Below, piece by piece: positions 14,401-26,935 of a stretch of DNA of 64,000 nt. The first letter of the stretch is position 1, and every line of letters begins with the position of its first letter. The DNA lies in the NCBI GenBank assembly GCA_040954595.2, contig CM082589.2:9126894-9190893 (forward strand). Direction: 5' to 3'. This stretch comes from Balanoglossus misakiensis. Taxonomy: Eukaryota; Animalia; Hemichordata. The notes below the pieces were generated by a model. It made no database searches. It was not told where the DNA came from and saw nothing but the letters and a program-made list of their open reading frames with translations. A program made the position numbers and the translations under genes.

Positions 14401-15363
14401 TTAAGAGCTCTTAGATTCTATCTTGGTGTACATAGATTTGCACCTACTGCAGCAGTGGTTGGAGACACTGGCTGGATATCGTCAAAAACTAGGCATTATG
14501 TTAACATGGCTAGACTTTGGAATAGGTTGGTCAAAATGGACGAACAAAGATTGTGTAAGCGTATTTTCATGTGGGATAATTCGTTATGCATAAATAATTG
14601 GAGTTTTGAAATGAATGAAATTTTTAATTCTGTGGACATTGATGTACTAGAAAATGGGGGAATTTGTGACATTGATCACTTAAAAGAAAAGCTCCATGCT
14701 GATACAATTGCTTCTTGGTCAAACAATATTATTAACATTCCAAAACTGCGTATTTATAGACATTTTAAAACGTGCTATGGAAAAGAATCATATCTTTCAT
14801 GTATTCTGGATCGTAGTAAACGTTCTTTCCTAGCTCAACTCAGATTAGGAATTTTGCCATTACGAGTAGAAACAGGCAGATTTAGAGGAGAAGCTTTGAA
14901 TGATAGAATTTGTATATTTTGTTCAGAGAATGCAGTGGAAGACGAATTTCATTTTCTTTTGCACTGTACCTTATATACTGAATATCGAGAGCATTTATTT
15001 GATATTACCAGTAAGCATTTTTCAGAGTTCCAAGATTTGTCAGAAATAGAGAAACTAAAACTGCTCCTCAATGAAATGAGTCGAAGCACATCAAAATTTA
15101 TTGCTAAAGCTTATTGGAAACGGCAGTCTGTACTCTACGAAGTACGCTGACAACCTACATTTTTTTGTCTGCAATTTCTGTGCGAGATTTTTCAGATACC
15201 TGTGTAGTTTTTACTTCATTTTTGTGTGTGTGTATCATGAACAGCAACTCAGATGAATATGTATTTCTTTTTGTTTAAAGTGACTAATAAGCCCGTTGTG
15301 GCTTGGTGTTGAAAAAACACTAGTCACTATAATAAAAATTATCTATCTATTATCTATCTATCT
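14401..15363 (+). mobile_element. 5'-truncated non-LTR retrotransposon (RTE-X-like) 3' end
   Basis: The reading frame from 14401 (RALRFYLGVHRFAPTAAVVGDTGW...) continues into ORF 14455-15150 with LRLGILPLRVETGRF and the C-terminal knuckle CIFC-x5-EDEFHFLLHC typical of LINE ORF2 ends. Followed by a 3' UTR, AATAAA and a (TATC)n tail. Clade assignment is from motif recall. Confidence 0.8.
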
Positions 15364-15367
15364 ACAG

Positions 15368-15741
15368 GATGGAGTCACCCCTTTGAATGATGCAGCAGGG
15401 TTTGGTGGTGAAGGCTGTGTCAGATTGTTATTGGAACACAAAGCTGATGTTACCATACAAACCCAGGTAAATACCAACTTGACTTCTGCAGGTTAATCTA
15501 TCAGTATGGAATGATTTATTCATTTATTTTTTGTTTGTTTGTTTGTTTGTTTGTTTGTTTGTTTTTTGTTTAAGGAAAATTACACATTACGTTTAATTTT
15601 TGTGACATTGTTCTCATGCTCCTCCTTCATTACTTACAGTGGGGAGACACCCCTTTGCACTCTGCAGCAAGGAGGGATGTTGGTGAAGGCCGTGTCAGAT
15701 TGTTATTGGAACACAAAGCTGATGTAACCATACAAAACAAG
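15368..15741 (+). CDS. Two single-ankyrin-repeat exons (15368-15466, 15640-15741)
   Basis: AG/GT-bounded, phase 0-0, 99 and 102 bp: DGVTPLNDAAGFGGEGCVRLLLEHKADVTIQTQ and WGDTPLHSAARRDVGEGRVRLLLEHKADVTIQNK. Both fit the GxTPLHxAA...LLLxxxAD ankyrin consensus. Confidence 0.85.
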
Positions 15742-17099
15742 GTAAATACCAACCTGACTTCTGCAGGTAAATTCTAAAAGTATGAGCTTTCTCAATAGTG
15801 CCATTTCCTCTGTAGTTTTCTTAGTAAATTGTGTCTGGGATACAATGTATATATTTGTCCATTGCCCTTTGAATCAAAACTACTCCCTCCATTGGTCAGG
15901 TGTTGTACAGATAGACTGATGACAGTCCATGCCAATCCTATCACAGAACGTATCAGATAGGGTGATTGTCTGTCGGCCTCCAGCATCTGCCAACTCCTGT
16001 CTGGTACCTAATACAATTCATCATAAGGAGGTGCCATATAATTTGTCACTGTCCTTTGAATCAAAACTACTTCCTCTCGGCCACGTGTTGTCCAGACACA
16101 GGCAAGTATTGATTCATTATGGTGATGTGATTGTCTCTCCTATATCTGAGACATTTGATCTCCACTGTGAGCAATTTGGAGTTATGAGAAAGGGGGATTG
16201 TCTCCAGCATCTGCCAAAAACTGTCTTGTTGAACATAAGGATGTTGTTGTTTATTGCATTGTTTATCATCAATCTTTTGTGGTTTAAATAATAATCTCAT
16301 TATTGGCACAGCGATTTCTGTCTGTCCTTCTGTAGACAGATTTTGTTCCACTCATATCTTGAGAGAAATTGAATCCAATGATATGAAATTTTGTATGTAG
16401 CATTGTTATGATAAGTTCTAGATCTGATAAGATTTTGGTGGGTATGGCTTATTAATAAATTCTCCTTTGCATATTTGTGTGTGGTCGAACGTTGATTCAC
16501 TACATACACATGTAGAATAACATAAACAGTGTCTTGTATCAAACATAATTAATGGAAAAAGGGAAGCGAGAGAGAGAGAGACTTTGTCCCTTTAATATTC
16601 AGGAGTTTACTTTTCTTGTATACGTACACTCTTATAACGATTGTAAATCTTGAGAATGGCTATCAAGTTGACAACCCTCGCACAAGTACATCATGTACAT
16701 AAACAAAAATAGTCTGGTTTGTGGAGCCTCCTCCCTTTTTTACATGAAGTACTTTCACAATATTTTTATGCAATCAGTCCACACTCATGCTCAGTTTTGT
16801 GTCAGAATTATAGTCATAGCAACATTTTGAGTAAGACTTTACCAGAAGAACTTGTTTTCATTGCGGCTCTGATTGGGGCCGTTTTAAACTGGGGTTTGTT
16901 TGGCAACTTTTAGGACCGAAAGACGGATGCGCAGCCATGGTCACATCACACATGTCAAGTTGGGGACTTGCTGGGGGCAGGGGTGCTTGTTGACGGTGCC
17001 GAGAGGAGTCGGCCAGTTTTAGCTTGTACTTTAGGCTGAATAGCACAGTGCCAACCCAATTTACCTTTTATAAACTTTATACAATATAATACATTTTAA

Positions 17100-18400
17100 C
17101 ATTAAATTGTTCAGTCGGATGATTTTTTTCATCATTCTGAGCAACACAGCGGCAGCATTTGGATTGCTCTTTCTCTTGGAAATAGCTCAAGCTTATAAAA
17201 CATGAGGTCTGTGCGGCTCCACTCCTCAGCTTCTCATCACTGTCTGTCACTTACCCAATCATTTCAAAGGGGGTGATCAAGATGGCCAGAACAGCCAGTT
17301 TTAACCAACCAGGTTCCAGAACCTGAGAGAAGGTGCTAAAAGCATGCAATAGATATATTGATGAGATAAACATTGGGAACAATAGGATTAAGGGAAGTGT
17401 GACTGGTCCAATCTGTTCTGTTTTAGTGTGGGGCACGGCTGGAATGGTTACACAAATGTCCTTTAAAGTTAGTGCTACTGTGGCTTTCAATGGTATCTCT
17501 TATGAAGAGTTTTGATAATTTTGTTTGTTCTTTATATTTCATGAAAAGAATGACTGCATTCATTGCATTTAATTTTGTTTGCCACACATTCCCATTGGCC
17601 ACAGTGTCCACTGAAGTCTTTCTTTGGTTATTAGACTTTTTGATGCAGTGCGATGGAGAAAGGGAATCAGTGTTAACTTTCTTTAGATGGATTTTTTTTT
17701 CGGTGAAATTCAAGTTTTTTTATTTAAACACTATTTCTACAAATAACTAGTGACACCATTGCACAACTCTACTTGATATTGTTGGACCACTCAGCAGAAA
17801 TTTATTTTAATGATGATTGATTTATCCCTTGTCACATACAATTTCTCTGTTATTTCCCCTTTGATCCACATCGTTCAGTCTGCACAGCTTGGCTACTTTG
17901 TGCTGAGAACAGTCTGATGCCCTCCTACAGGAAATAAACATAGTTTGGTTAGCTCAGATGTTTGATCTGTTTCCACATAAATCTCCACATATCTCAAATT
18001 TGTCATCATATTGGAGATGAGATGTGATTATTCAAAATTCTTCTGATAATTCTACTAAATGTCACTGTAGTTGTTTGCTAAATCTTCTTCTATATTGTGC
18101 AGGTTGCAAAAATAAATTGGTCCCATTCAGGAAATGTTCACTAACATCACATCACTGTCAGTTTTTTGATAGAAAATCATAAATAAAGTTCAGTTTAAAA
18201 TTGGTGTATTGGTTATCCGTAATGTTATCTGTTTTGCAAGTTGTCAAATTTGAGTTTGTTTGTGAATTATTTATAGTAACTTTTCTTTCTGTATCAACTG
18301 GCAGATATTTTGTCAGAATTCTTTTAGCTTGTTAAAATGCATGTATAAAACTGAATTACACATCTTGTGTGTAGAGTCGATACTGTTTCTGTTCAAATGC
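17100..18400 (-). mobile_element. Highly degenerate CR1/L2-like LINE ORF2 relic in the long ankyrin intron
   Basis: Broken minus-strand stretches loosely resemble APE endonuclease and pre-RT motifs (e.g. PVTLPLILLF). Many stops; boundaries approximate. Confidence 0.3.
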
Positions 18401-18550
18401 CATTTACTGTTGGTTAATATTATCCACAAGGGAGTTTGCGATTATTTGTCGTTTGTGTGTTTGTTCGATCGTTCATTTTAACAAAATAACCTCATGTTAC
18501 ATTTCATTTTTCTTTACATTCTCATCATGCTCCTCCTTCATTACTTACAG

Positions 18551-21500
18551 GATGGCGACACCCCTTTGCATTATGCAGTAAGAGGGTGTCGTGGTCAAGG
18601 CCTTGTCAGATTTTTATTGGAACACAAAGCTGATGTGACCATACCAAACAAGGTAAATACCAACATGACTTCTGCAGGTTAATTCTATCAATGCAGATAT
18701 ATTTATTCATTTGTTTGTGTCATTGTCTATTTGTTTGTTTGTTTGTTAGTTTGTTTGTTTGTTTAAGGAAATTTCACATTACATTTCAATTTTGTGACAT
18801 TATTCTCATGCTCTTCCTTCATTACTTACAGACAGGAGACACCCCTTTGCATTATGCGGCAAGGAGGGATGGTGGTGAAGGCCTTGTCAGATTGTTATTG
18901 GAACACAAAGCTGATGTGACCATACAAAACGAGGTAAATACCAACTTGACTTCTGCAGGTTAATTCTATCAATGCGGATATATTTATTCATTTTATTGTG
19001 TGTTTGTCTATTTGTTTGTTTGTTTGTTTCGTTAAGGAAATATCACATTATATTTCAATTTTGTGACATTATTCTCATGCTCCTCCTTCATTACTTACAG
19101 ACAGGAGACACCCCTTTGCATGATGCGGCAAGGAGGGATGGTGGTGAAGGCCTTGTCAGATTGTTATTGGAACACAAAGCTGATGCTAACATACAAAACA
19201 AGGTAAATACCAACCTGACTTCTGCAGGTTTATTCTATCAATGCGGATATATTTATTCATTTATTTGTTTGTTTGTTTGTTTGTTTGTTTGTTTAAGGAA
19301 ATATCACATTATATTTCAATTTTTGTGACATTATTCTCATGCTCCTCCTTCATTACTTACAGGATGGAGACACTCCTTTGCATTATGCAGCAAGGAGGGA
19401 TTGTGGTGAAGGCCTTGTCAGATTGTTATTGGAACACAAAGCTGATGCTAACATACAAAACAAGGTAAATACCAACCTGACTTCAGCAGGTTTATTCTAT
19501 CAATGCGGATATATTTATTCATTTATTTGTTTGTTTGTTTGTTTGTTTGTTTAAGGAAATTTCACATTATATTTCAATTTTTGTGACATTATTCTCATGC
19601 TCCTCCTTCATTACTTACAGGATGGAGACACCCCTTTGCATTATGCAGCAAGGTTTCGTGATGAAGGACATGTCAGATTGTTATTGGAACACAAAGCTGA
19701 TGCTAACATACAAAACAAGGTAAATACCAACCTGACTTCTATAGGTTAATTCTGAAAGTATTGAAATATTTTTTTGTTTTTTTTTGTTTAAGGAAATTTC
19801 ACATTATATTTCAATTTTTGTGACATTATTCTCATGCTCCTCCTTCATTACTTATAGGATGGAGACACTCCTTTGCATTATGCAGCAAGGGATGATGATG
19901 AAGGCCATGTCAGATTGTTATTGGAACACAAAGCTGATGTGACCATACAAAACAAGGTAAATACCAACCTGACTTCTGCAGGTTTATTCTATCAATGCGG
20001 ATATATTTATTCATTTATTTGGTTGTTTGTTTGTTTAAGGAAATTTCACATTATATTTCAATTTTTGTGACATTATTCTCATGCTCTTCCTTCATTACTT
20101 ACAGACAGGAGACACCCCTTTGCATTATGCGGCAAGGAGGGATGGTGGTGAAGGCCTTGTCAGATTGTTATTGGAACACAAAGCTGATGTGACCATACAA
20201 AACGAGGTAAATACCAACTTGACTTCTGCAGGTTAATTCTATCAATGCGGATATATTTATTCATTTTATTGTGTGTTTGTCTATTTGTTTGTTTGTTTGT
20301 TTCGTTAAGGAAATATCACATTATATTTCAATTTTGTGACATTATTCTCATGCTCCTCCTTTATTACTTACAGACAGGAGACACCCCTTTGCATGATGCG
20401 GCAAGGAGGGATGGTGGTGAAGGCCTTGTCAGATTGTTATTGGAACACAAAGCTGATGCTAACATACAAAACAAGGTAAATACCAACCTGACTTCTGCAG
20501 GTTTATTCTATCAATGCGGATATATTTATTCATTTATTTGTTTGTTTGTTTGTTTGTTTGTTTGTTTAAGGAAATTTCACATTATATTTCAATTTTTGTG
20601 ACATTATTCTCATGCTCCTCCTTCATTACTTACAGGATGGAGACACTCCTTTGCATTATGCAGCAAGGAGGGATTGTGGTGAAGGCCTTGTCAGATTGTT
20701 ATTGGAACACAAAGCTGATGCTAACATACAAAACAAGGTAAATACCAACCTGACTTCAGCAGGTTTATTCTATCAATGCGGATATATTTATTCATTTATT
20801 TGTTTGTTTGTTTGTTTGTTTGTTTAAGGAAATTTCACATTAGATTTCAATTTTTGTGACATTATTCTCATGCTCCTCCTTCATTACTTACAGGATGGAG
20901 ACACCCCTTTGCATTATGCAGCAAGGTTTCGTGATGAAGGACGTGTCAGATTGTTATTGGAACACAAAGCTGATGCTAACATACAAAACAAGGTAAATAC
21001 CAACCTGACTTCTATAGGTTAATTCTGAAAGTATTGAAATATTTTTTTGTTTTTTTTGTTTAAGGAAATTTCACATTATATTTCAATTTTTGTGACATTA
21101 TTCTCATGCTCCTCCTTCATTACTTATAGGATGGAGACACTCCTTTGCATTATGCAGCAAGGGATGATGATGAAGGCCATGTCAGATTGTTATTGGAACA
21201 CAAAGCTGATGTGACCATACAAAACAAGGTAAATACCAACCTGACTTCTGCAGGTTTATTCTATCAATGCGGATATATTTATTCATTTATTTGGTTGTTT
21301 GTTTGTTTAAGGAAATTTCACATTATATTTCAATTTTTGTGACATTATTTTCATGCTCCTCCTTCATTACCTACAGGATGGAGACACTCCTTCGCATGAT
21401 GCAGCAAGGAGGGATGGTGTTGACGGCCTTGTCAGATTGTTATTGGAACACAAAGCTGATGCTAACATACAAAACAAGGTAAATACCAACCTGACTTCAG

Positions 21501-21970
21501 CAGGTTTATTCTATCATTGCGGATATATTTATTCATTTATTTGTTTGTTTGTTTGTTTAAGGAAATTTCACATTATATTTCAATTTTTGTGACATTATTC
21601 TCATGCTCCTCCTTCATTACTTACAGGATGGAGACACTCCTTTGCATTATGCAGCAAGGAGGGATGGTGGTGAAGGGCTTGTTAGATTGTTATTGGAACA
21701 CAAAGCTGACGCTAACATACAAAACAAGGTAAATACCAACCTGACTTCTGCAGGTTAATTCTGAAAGTATTGAAAGATTTTTTTGTTTTTGTTTTTGTTT
21801 AAGGAAATTTCACATTATATTTCAATTTTTGTGACATTATTCTCATGCTCCTCCTTCATTACTTACAGGATGGAGACACTCCTTTGCATTATGCAGCAAG
21901 GAGGGTTGGTGGTGAAGGCCTTGTCAGATTGTTATTGGAACACAAAGCTGATGTTAACATACAAAACAAG
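18551..21970 (+). repeat. Array of 14 tandem exon+intron units (~235-280 bp), each exon one ankyrin repeat
   Basis: Exons 18551-18652, 18832-18933, 19101-19202, 19363-19464, 19621-19719, 19858-19956, 20105-20206, 20374-20475, 20636-20737, 20894-20992, 21130-21228, 21377-21478, 21627-21728, 21869-21970. All are 99 or 102 bp and phase 0-0. Introns are near-identical: GTAAATACCAAC...(TTTG)n...CATTACTTACAG. A degenerate further exon starts at 22148. Confidence 0.95.
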
Positions 21971-23784
21971 GTAAATACAAACCTGACTTCTGCAGGTTTA
22001 TTCTATCAATGCCGATATATTTATTCATTTGTTTGTTTGTTTGTTTGTTTGTTTATTTGTTTGTTTGTTTGTTTGTTTGTATAAGAAAACACATTTCATT
22101 TCAATTTTTGTGACATTGTTCTCATGCTCTTCCTTCATGACTTACAGAAAGGAGACCCCTTGGATTTTGCAGCATATGTCATATAATTTTGTCATTGTCC
22201 TTTGAATCAAAACTGCTCACTCTGTCAGGTCAGGTGTTATACAGGCAGGTGTGGAAACGATTTGCATTCCTTTCTTTCTTTCTTTGTTAATCAATCAATT
22301 GTTGTTCTATTCATTGATCATCACCCCCCCTGTATCATGAACATTACAAGGCAATGCATTGAATTCAGCTCTTCCAGCTAGTGGCCGCACTTGCTTGATT
22401 TCCTGCGTGTGTCTCTGGGGATGAAAAGAATGCATATGCGTCTTTTCCTAATTTGCATATTTTGAATGGGTGTTCCAACGTGAGTAACCGTTCATTTGAC
22501 TTCCAGCTCGCATCGAATACACACGTTAGGGACTGTTCAGTTTTTACGGCTGGGGGGGGGGGGGGCAAGTTTGGGTCATCGATTTTCAAAATCAGGCCGA
22601 CCCCCCCTTCACCGAGGACCAAAAAATGATAACCCCCCCCTTTGACAGACCCAAAATATGATGACACCCCCCCCCTCCCGCTGAAAACATTCGCCGTGCT
22701 GATCCTATGTACACTGTATGCAATAAAGGGAATGAGGCTCCTCACACCTCAATTATAAATTTCTTAAAGTAATTGAAGTATATATAATAGTATATCGTTG
22801 CAATAAAAAATCTATGAACAAAATAAAATGACAAGTCAATACAATAGAAAATTTAAGAAAACTTTGTAAAATACGGTGCTCAAAGTTGCATTCGAATGAA
22901 CTCTAAAGCAAATTAACTCAATGTTAGGCAGGACAAATTTTAATTTGGCCACTCCACTCAAAGTAAACATCGGGGGTAGGGTGGGTAGAAGTCTGCCGTG
23001 GTACACTAGACAAACCAGCGAATAAATGATATGTGGCGAAGAGTGGAAGGGGAGGGGTGTGCGAGGGGGTGTCCCCCTCCCACATAAGAAAATTTTGTAA
23101 AATATGTAGCTCAAAGTTGCATTTTTATGAACTCAAAAGCAAATTATCTCAGTGTTTGGGAGGACCTAAAATTTGACTTATAGGTGTGCGTGCCTCAATC
23201 ATCTGATGCATGTATTCATCTATGAAAATTTGTGATCCATTTTCAGAACGGAGTGACTCCTTGTCAAGAGGCAGGAAGGAAGGCTGGGCGGGGTGCAGGC
23301 ACCAATATTGCAAGAGCCTTTGTGGAATATCATTTTGACAATGAGAAAGTATATCAGGCAAGTATTGAGTTAGATTTAAAAGGGCAAGGTTACTCACTTT
23401 TGATAAAACAGTGAAATTGTGTCAGTTACCGACCACCTCTATATAGTGGCCACTTTGTTACAGTCCCTGTGCAGTTAACATGGGCAATTATTGACTTGTA
23501 TATACAGGCCACCTGTCTATTAAGGCCAATTTAGGAAAGTCACTCTGACTGGCCAATTTGGACTGTGAGATTTGGCTGTATTTCAGTTATTTACCAATTG
23601 GCTCTTTCTGTTGTTCTAAAAGATGCTCATTGACCAGTTTTATAAAGCTTACCGGCAACTCACACCTGACACATGGATATTTAAATCCATTTATTTTTTA
23701 CCAAAATTATTTAACAATAGTGTCCATAATATGCATGGTGTGGTATAATTGTCATAATCCTGTACTTTACAGCTAGTTCATTTA

Positions 23785-23927
23785 AGCAATAAAACACCCC
23801 CAGCCATGGTGTACCACTCGATTTTGACCAGTTCACGACAAATACGCAGGAGCGATAGCGAGTGCGTATATGGAGTTGAACTGGTCAAAATCGAGTGGTA
23901 TACCATGGCTGGGGGTGTTTTATTGCT
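23785..23927. repeat. Long hairpin (51-bp arms) of a dispersed non-autonomous element; inverted second copy at 33910-34051
   Basis: AGCAATAAAACACCCCCAGCCATGGTGTACCACTCGATTTTGACCAGTTCA ... TGAACTGGTCAAAATCGAGTGGTATACCATGGCTGGGGGTGTTTTATTGCT (1 mismatch). Confidence 0.85.
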
Positions 23928-24915
23928 ATTATATTATGCCAGTATATTGAAACTTTGCATAAAACATTTTAAAAAGGCATTTTCTTTGACTATGATATAT
24001 GACTATGGTATATGGCTAATATATCACAGTCACGTGTCATGTCTCGACCAATAAAATAGCGTGATTTACACCATCAATATACTGGTATAATATAATCAAT
24101 CATATATGTTCTGTTTTCATCAATGAAAATACAGGCAGTTATAAACTCAGTGTATGACAGAGATGACAAAAGAGACCTGATCAACCATCATAAGGTACGT
24201 CGTAATGTTGATAATAAATGGCTATGAAAACATATCATATCACTAGTGTATTTGAATTTATCTTCTATATTTATAACATGGAAAACATAAAACCAGACTG
24301 TCATATAAATTTTTAACTACATGCTTATTCTATTGTGCCAGCTAGGAATGCATTAAAGGGACATTACCTATAACTTTTGGCTTTATTTCCAGATTTTTTT
24401 CCTTTTGTGTACAAAATGCAATTTCATGTTCTTCTCCAAACTGCATGCTAATATGCCCAGTACTCAACTTGTGTATATTTCCCATCTCTGTAACAACCAT
24501 TGTTATTGTTGACTCATGAATTCTAGTCCGGACTTCAATTCAAATTTTGCAAAATAACAATGTTGAATATACACAAAGAGTACACAACTATCGAGGTATG
24601 CGTCACAAAGAGATGGCAAACTTATGCAAATAGAAGTTATGGAAAAAATATGTTAAATTTGGCAGCTCATGAGGCTTTAACTATGCATTATTTCTATAGT
24701 GTTAATGATAGCTTCCACATCATAAGCACATCATAATAGTGTAGTTAACAATGTAAATTATATTTTTGATACTAGCGTTTTTATCAATATCTTTTCTGAA
24801 GCAAAATGTTATGTGACTTCTGTGAAGGCATGGTGTTTAATTGAAAGGCATGCAAATTGAGTGTAAAAATTCCCAATATATATAACACATAACATATCTG
24901 TTCAAATTCTGACAG

Positions 24916-26714
24916 GTGTTTTCCCGCCAAAAAGAATTCACAGCACTCATGAGACAACCTGGTGTCAAACGTAATACTACAAAGATTGTGTTAGCTGGAT
25001 ACGGTGGGAATGGCAAAACTACACTCAAAGAATCATTGCAGCGGGTGTGTAGAAATCTTTGATTATGAATGCCAATTATTGCTGTTTTTGAGGAGTGAAG
25101 GATTTGTGCAAATATTAAAGTTTTCATGAAGACTACATTTCAGTGGAAATCAGGGTACATATTTTGTTGACCAGCCAATTCTCCAAATATTTTATATTAT
25201 TACAATATGATTGGCATTAATCCAGCTTGCTGATTGGCCCGAGTCGCGGTTTATATCCTCAACGAGAAGACCTGAACCCTGAACAGTGAATAACTAAAAA
25301 ATAACCGAAATGGGACACATAGAACAGAACGCCTCGCCTCGCTCAGTGATTATTTCCCGCCAAATATGCTAAGTTTCACCTGGGAGGTCTTATATCCGGA
25401 ATCAAATACTCTCGCTTGCCGTTTATAAGTTTACAACCTCTAAATTATGAGAAAATCATCATTTATGTTCATATATTACAATGCAGAACTTTGTGCAAGC
25501 AAAATTGACTCGACGGTCAGAAGAGAAAGCACCTTTACCAGGGAACATGCAGTACACACCAACACCCGGCATAGATGTAGCCACATTATCCATACCCAAG
25601 ATTGGCAAGTTCAGTGTGTGGGACTTTGCGGGACAAACAGAATACTATGTCACACATAATATGTTCCTAAGGGTCGAGAATGCAGTGGTTTTATTGGTCT
25701 TCAAAATGGCTGAGGACAAGCAGGATGTAGTTTGGACACCAAGAAAACTTATGCAACAGCAGAGACAAGAGGTGGGTCGTTGTTTTTTTGTTACTGATGA
25801 TAAGTGATATTAATACTTTGAGCAATTATGGAATAAAGGTAAAGATGAAACTCAGAAAGGGCACAGTGCATATATTACAATATTTTTTTTATTACTAAGC
25901 AGTGCATCAGTGAATTAGGTGGTGCAATATTGTGAATGAAATTAAAGTAAAGATGAATGGCACAGTATATATATTTGTGAAACATTTATCTCTTTTTGTT
26001 TTTATCCAGATTTAGGGACTGATTGAATATAATATGATTGATGACTTTATATTCTTCTTCATGTCTTTCTTTAATAGGTGACATCATGGCTTGCATTCCT
26101 TAAGGCAATCATACCACAAGATATGGATGAGGGTGGGAGTAAACCAAAAGTGATATTGATTGGAAGCAAGGCTGATTTGTTGAAAGCTGAACACAAGAAA
26201 GAAGGTATGTTCAGTACATGTTTAGATAAAAGGTGACAAGAGCGAGGGTATTCACACAATTGGGAGCCTGGTGTGGGAGTACACTCAATCTGATTAAAAC
26301 CAGATGTAGTGTTGGGCGCTGTCTTTACCTTTGCTGATTCTTGGCTGTTCTGTTCGAAAGGGACACCCATACTACATCTGAACCTATGCAAAAGGAGATC
26401 TCATTACTATTCAACATTTTACCTATTCAGACAGTGTGATTGATGTAGAATTTCACCGGATGCTTTCAAAAAATACAAAACAGCACCAAAGTGGCCTCTT
26501 CTGTGTACATGTCCATACTTTGTAAATAAAAATCTATCAAGAGATCATTACTTTTTTCTTGATAGCTGAATTGGTGATGAGGGAAATACTCCAGACAGCT
26601 CAGAAGACCTTTGGCAAATACCTGAATATTCTTGATGAGACATTCATACTGAATTGTCACAACTCGCAGCATAATGATATGCACAGATTGCGTGAATGTC
26701 TACGAAGTGCAAAG
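24916..26714 (+). CDS. ROC GTPase domain exons of the Roco gene
   Basis: P-loop KIVLAGYGGNGKTT (24916-25044), switch I TPGID and G3 VWDFAGQTEYY (25487-25771), G4-like LIGSKAD (26078-26204). Splice phases join without stops. Confidence 0.92.
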
Positions 26715-26935
26715 GTATGGTTTTATAGATATTCTGCAATATGTGACTGGATTGAACATGTTAATTCATTAGGGCCATATTTGACAAAGGCATGCTTTAC
26801 ATCACCTTAATACTCTCATGTAATGCATAGAGTCCAAGAAAGCCAACTATCAGATAGTAATAACTGAACTCTTATCAGTGGGAAATAAGTCAAGGTTGTA
26901 TACTTTTGACTTACCGGGTATCAGAACTGTCTAAA

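Noticed and set aside
18653-21868. V(D)J-type recombination signals around ankyrin exons, tempting given the nearby RAG1-like gene
   Set aside because: Introns have CACATTA and ATTTTTGT, but no CACAGTG/CACTGTG heptamer at 12/23 spacing next to the exons. The RAG1-like gene is decayed, and proximity in TE-rich DNA is not evidence of a link.
18551-21970. CRISPR-like or satellite-only reading of the ~250-bp repeats
   Set aside because: There are no unique spacers. Units carry canonical splice sites and open ankyrin frames in a eukaryotic gene.
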